Source of the DNA: Chiloscyllium plagiosum
Taxonomy: Eukaryota
DNA: 24,763 nt
Direction: 5' to 3'
Assembly: GCF_004010195.1 (NCBI RefSeq)
Contig: NC_057753.1
Coordinates: 5,609,282-5,634,044, forward strand
Shown: positions 20,362 to 24,763 of the stretch, one piece after another
Layout of the letters: each line of letters starts with the position of its first letter
Numbering within the stretch: the first letter of the stretch is position 1
Program-made: the position numbers and the translations under genes
Notes under the pieces: model-generated
Told to the model about the DNA's origin: nothing
The model's input: the letters and a program-made list of their open reading frames with translations, nothing else
Database searches by the model: none

Positions 20362-20510
20362 ATATAGAAATACCGCAGAGGCGAGGCCCTTTGACCATAC
20401 CAATCAGCGCTGACTTGCCTGCACTCATTCCACTATCCTGGTCTATAATCTTGAAAATTATGACTTTCAGGTGCTCGTCAAAGTAGACTTTATAGGTTGT
20501 ATGGTTCTCC
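20362..20510 (-). mobile_element. Decayed CR1 3' UTR fragment
   Basis: atagaaataccgcagaggcgaggccctttgacc...ttcaggtgctcgtcaaagtagacttt. Confidence 0.4.
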
Positions 20511-20514
20511 GTCT

Positions 20515-20742
20515 TACTGGCAGGGAGATTTGCTCGGGTTGCTTGGGAGCATTTAAACCAGTAAGGTGGAGGGGAGGGGGTGGGACGCAGGGAAATAGCG
20601 AGGAAAAAGATCGATCTGAGACTGGTACAGTTGGGAAAAGGAGCGAGTCAAGCAGTCAGGGCAGCCAGGAACAAAGCATAGAATCAGGTTGGACGGATAA
20701 ATTAATCTGCATTTATTTCAATGCAAGAGGCCTAGCAAGGAA
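20515..20742 (+). mobile_element. CR1 fragment spanning the ORF1 end and ORF2 start
   Basis: Ends in KLICIYFNARGLA, the first APE motif (compare FKCAYFNARSIR at 24059). Abuts a Penelope repeat. Confidence 0.75.
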
Positions 20743-20745
20743 ATG

Positions 20746-20927
20746 ACCAGCTACCTTCCGTCAGCCCCACCCGCTAGCCCTCGAACCCTCAAGCCTCATT
20801 CTTGATGAAGGGCTTTTGCCCGAAACGTCGATTTTCTTGCTCCTGGGATGATGCCTGAGCTGCTGTGCTTTTCCAGCACCACACTCTCTCGCCTCTGATC
20901 TCCAGCATCTGCCGTCCACACTTCCGT
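20746..20927 (+). mobile_element. Penelope family A 3' UTR end plus terminal repeat; hammerhead with C3U change
   Basis: tc-TTGATGA-A-GGGC-tttt-GCCC-GAAACGTC-ga at 20800-20831, followed by the family A tail. Confidence 0.85.
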
Positions 20928-21309
20928 CTCAGGGCTGAACAATCCATCTTGTGTGAACTAAGGAGAAGGGTATTGTTTTATCAAAATGTTTAAAAACCTT
21001 CTGTTTCCTTAATGCTCATGCGGATTGTGGAAGCTAACATAAGGTAAAGAAACTGGTAAGTTGTACGAAAAGACATGAAAAAGAAACAAAAAAAAACAGC
21101 AGAAATGCAAAAAGAAACCTGAGAATGAGTGAGAAAAGAGGAATGTGATCAGAAAACAAATAAATGGATTACGCAAACCATGGAGATCGAATAAAGTAGA
21201 TTTTAAAAGAGAAATTGTTCAAATCATACGTACTACAGTTCAAGGTGCAGGAATACCAAACCTCATGTTTTTGATATTGAAACAACAGTTTGACAGTAGC
21301 TCAGGCGTT

Positions 21310-21595
21310 TGCACTGCTGCCTCACAGCGCCAGGGACCTGGGTTTGATTCTCGCCTCGGGGTGACTGTCTGTGTGGAGTTTACATGTTCTCCCCGAGTCT
21401 GCGTGGGTTTCCTCCGGTTTCCTCCCACAATCCAAAGATGTGAAGGTTAAGGTGAATTGTCCATAGTGTACAGGGATGTGCAGGTTAGGTGCATTAATCA
21501 GATGTAAATGTAGAGTAATAGGGGTAGGGGAACGGGGCTAGGTGGACTGGGTGGGTCGAAGGGTCTGTTTGCACACGGTAGGGATTTTGATTGAT
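21310..21595 (+). mobile_element. HE1-type SINE, slightly 5'-truncated
   Basis: gcactgctgcctcacagcgccagggacctgggtttgattc...gtagggattt. Confidence 0.87.
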
Positions 21596-22211
21596 GATAA
21601 TACCCAAACAAAATGCAGATGGTGCACGAAAATATTGTGTACATGTAATGACTCGACTGTGATCTGGTGACTATGATAAATTAATCACTGTTATCTTCAA
21701 TATCTATGAATTAGTTAGCTTGTTTGATACGTGTTGTCGGCCAATGAAGCTTGAAGGAAATCTGACAAGTTTACTTCGAGCGGTTGACGAATTTAAAAAT
21801 TATATTTGGGGAAAATAAAGTTGCAACTAGATTTAAAAAAAAAATAAATTCTGTAAAATAATGGAGGCTGATATAACAACTGGTGTTTACCAATTCATTT
21901 ACAAGCGTAGAGAACCATGACTCAGACTGTCAATTCACAAAGTAATTGGACAGATAAGGGGGCTACAAAATCATAAAGCAAAGATTTTCTCTGGCGGAAC
22001 AGGGTCACCTTGACAAGATTTTAGGATGCCAAATCGAATGTTGTCCACCGTTGCAAGAGGAGTTCAACATGCTTCTGGAAAAGTTGTCTACGAAGTTGCC
22101 AGACTCATGATTTCCGATGTCCAACGTAATAAATGATATAACTGACCTGGAAGCAGCTGCGGGAATGTTCAGTAAGCGGGCTTGTATGTTTAGGAGGGTG
22201 CAATATGAAGA

Positions 22212-22690
22212 TAGTTAAAAATCACGTCACACCAGGTTGTCGTCCAACAGGTTTATTTGGAAGCACTAGCTTTCGGAGCGCTGCTTCTTCATCAGGTGGT
22301 TGTGGAGTATAAGAGCCTAACGCACAGAATTTATACCAAAAGTTTACAGTGTGGTGTAACTGAAATGATATATTGAAAAAGAACTGGGTTACTTGTTTAG
22401 TCACTCATCTTTTAGAATGACTGTGTTGGTTTCAGTTCTTTCATATGTAAATTCCACAACCTTTCTTAAAAGTTACATTCTCAAGTGAACTTAAACAATG
22501 GGTGCCATGTCGGCCCATATGAAGCATTGAAGGTGGGAGGTGCCCTGTGTGATGCTGTCTGTTCCACACTGTTCAGACTGATTCTTTTTATTTAAAAACA
22601 TGGCGATTTACAGAATATTACATGGATTCATGCTTTTTTGAGCAAAATAGGCTATAATTCTGCAAGTACAAATTCACCCCACAGACTTAT
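22212..22690 (-). mobile_element. Penelope-like family B 3' region and terminal repeat
   Basis: Shares its terminus with 15695-15800 and 13392-13457, carries a hammerhead and runs into the GT-rich tract. The Penelope assignment is inferred from the minimal hammerhead, since no ORF is seen here. Confidence 0.7.
22264..22298 (-). ncRNA. Minimal type I hammerhead ribozyme (family B)
   Basis: cac-CTGATGA-A-GAAGC-agc-GCTCC-GAAAGCTA-gtg: 3-bp stem I, stem II with one mismatch, palindromic AGCT stem III and CUA triplet. Confidence 0.7.
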
Positions 22691-23535
22691 ATGTGTGTAT
22701 TTGTGTGTGTGTATATGTGTGTGTATATCTGTGTGTATCTGTGTTTGTGTATCTGTGTGTATATCTGTGTGTATCTGTGTGTGTGTGTCTGTGTGTGTAT
22801 CTGTGTGTGTGTCTCTGTGTGTATCTGTGTGTATCTGTGTGTGTCTGTGAGTGTGTCTCTGTGTTTGTGTATCTGTGTGTATATCTGTGTGTATCTGTGT
22901 ATGTGTGTCTGTGTGTGTATCTGTGTGTGTGTCTCTGTGTGTATCTGTGTGTATCTGTGTGTGTCTGTGAGTGTGTCTCTGTGTTTGTGTATCTGTGTGT
23001 ATATCTGTGTGTATCTGTGTGTGTGTGTCTGTGTGTGTATCTGTGTGTGTGTCTCTGTGTGTATCTGTGTGTATCTGTGTGTGTCTGTGAGTGTGTCTCT
23101 GTGTTTGTGTATCTGTGTGTATATCTGTGTGTATCTGTGTGTGTGTGTCTGTGTGTGTATCTGTGTGTGTGTCTCTGTGTGTATCTGTGTGTATCTGTGT
23201 GTGTCTGTGAGTGTGTCTCTGTGTTTGTGTATCTGTGTGTATATCTGTAAGTCGGAGGNNNNNNNNNNNNNNNNNNNNNNNNNNNNNNNNNNNNNNNNNN
23301 NNNNNNNNNNNNNNNNNNNNNNNNNNGTATATCTGTGCGTATCTGTGTGTGTGTGTATCTGTGTGTATGTATCTGTGTATGTGTGCGTGTCTGTGTGTGT
23401 ATCTGTGTATATGTGTATGTGTCTGTGTGTGTGTGTATCTGTGTGTGTCTGTGTGTGTGTGTATCTGTGTATGTGTGTGTGTGTATCTGTGTGTATGTGT
23501 GTGTGTGTGTGTGTGAGCGTGCATGTGGGTGTGTG
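22691..23535. repeat. Compound (GT)n/(GTATCT) microsatellite with a 120-bp higher-order repeat (22741-23248, about 4.2 copies)
   Basis: Units start at 22741, 22861, 22981, 23101 and 23221 and are almost identical (a/g variant at 22901). Gap at 23259-23326. Confidence 0.95.
23249..23258 (+). other. Probable MGI/BGI (DNBSEQ) adapter remnant at the contig end
   Basis: AAGTCGGAGG abruptly replaces the repeat directly before the Ns and matches the start of the MGI adapter AAGTCGGAGGCCAAGCGGTC... Confidence 0.8.
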
Positions 23536-23735
23536 TGGTGGGGCGGATGAGTGCCTGTGAGAGACTGTGTTGTAAGTGTAGATGAAGAAAACGTTGCCAA
23601 ACCAGCTCAGTTAGAAATCAGAAGCGTTAGAGTTGATCCTTATTAAAACCTATAAATCCAATGGGAATTTGACAAGGTCCTTCCGCTGGTGGGGAGAGAA
23701 AACAGAATGGAATGTAAAACCCGATCCTGGTATAA

Positions 23736-23851
23736 TGTGTGTGTATATCTGTGTGTATCTGTGTGTGTCTGTGGATGTATCTGTGTTTGTGTATCTGTGT
23801 GCATATCTGTGTGTATCTGTGTGTGTGTATCTTTGTGCGTCTGTGTGTGTG
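23736..23851. repeat. (GT)n/(GTATCT) microsatellite
   Basis: Same motif vocabulary as 22691-23535. Confidence 0.9.
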
Positions 23852-24763
23852 CAGGAGGAAGCCTGTAAAGCTAAGAAGCAAGAGGCAGTTTAATCAGCGA
23901 AATTCAGAATGCGAAATTGTTTGGAGTGCACTACGGAGTGGGGTAGCAGCATTGGAAAGAATTGAGGTAGGACCAGAAAATAGATTTGATTTGTGGAATG
24001 TAGGGAAGCTGTGAAGAAGGTAGCACTGACAGGGAATACTTGCGGACACAGAGATGGGTTCAAGTGTGCATACTTCAACGCAAGGAGTATCAGAAATAAG
24101 GTGGGTGAACTTAAGGTGTGGATCGGTACCTGGGACTATGATGTGGCGATCACGGAAACGTGGATAGAAGAGGGACAGGAAAGCTTGTTGGAGGTTCCTG
24201 GTTACAGATGTTTCAGTAAGATTAGGGAGGGTGGTAAAAAAGGAGGGGGGGGTGGCGTTGCTAATTAGAAATGGTATAACGGCTGCAGAAAGGCAGTTTG
24301 AGGGGGATCTGCCTTTGGAGGTAGTATGGGCTGAAGTCAGAAATAGGAAAGGTGCAGTCACCTTGTTGGGTGTTTACTATAGGCCCCCCAATAGCAGCAG
24401 AGATGTGGAGAAACAGATTGGGAAACAGATTTTGGAAAGGTGCAGAAGCCACAGGGTAGTAGTCATGGGCGATTTCAACTTCCCAAATATTGATTGGAAG
24501 TTCTTTATATCAAGTAGATTGGATGGGGCGGTGTTTGCGCAGTGTGTCCAGGAAGCTTTTCTAACTCAGTATGTAGATTGTCCGACCAGAGGGGAGGCCA
24601 TATTGGATTTAGTACTCAGTAATGAACTGGGACAAGTGATGGGCTTGTTAGTGTGTGAACATTTTGGTGATGGTGACCACAATTCTGTGACTTTCACCTT
24701 GGTTATGGAGAGAGATAGGTGCGTGCAACAGGGCAGGTTTTACAATTGGGGGAAAGGTAAATA
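23852..24763 (+). mobile_element. CR1-type LINE: region upstream of ORF2 plus APE endonuclease, continuing beyond the window
   Basis: YFNARSIRNK, AITETW, then a frameshift in the G run at about 24246-24252, then GVALLIR, GVYYRPPNS, VMGDFNFP, LDLVL and GDGDH. Confidence 0.93.

Noticed and set aside
22638..23600. Long His/Thr- and Cys/Val-rich ORFs
   Set aside because: These are translations of a stop-free microsatellite and N run.
1..24763. CRISPR array, operons or other prokaryotic systems
   Set aside because: The sequence is vertebrate and intron-containing, and the repeats are dispersed retroelements without repeat-spacer periodicity.

Overview
Repeat-dense eukaryotic DNA from a cartilaginous fish. 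HE1-type tRNA-SINEs, CR1/HER1-type LINEs and Penelope-like elements indicate an elasmobranch, possibly a bamboo shark (inference). One intact two-exon class A GPCR of the GPR139/142-like type lies on the minus strand (9384-9315 + 4046-3136, 326 aa). Head-to-head with it is a candidate two-exon plus-strand gene that the ORF track misses (13965-14127 + 14400-14560, 107 aa), with a signal peptide, two Cys, three N-glycosylation sequons and a GPI-signal-like C-terminus. About 0.8 kb separates the two ATGs once the intervening solo LTR and LINE insertions are removed. The rest is nested transposons: at least two Penelope families with minimal hammerhead ribozymes (one as an inverted pair inside a 15-bp TSD), a solo LTR (TGTTATG...CATAACA, ATAT TSD), about 10 SINEs, many CR1 fragments, a Rex1-like 3' end and a GT-rich satellite with a 120-bp period. 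There are two assembly gaps, and one is preceded by a probable MGI/BGI adapter remnant.
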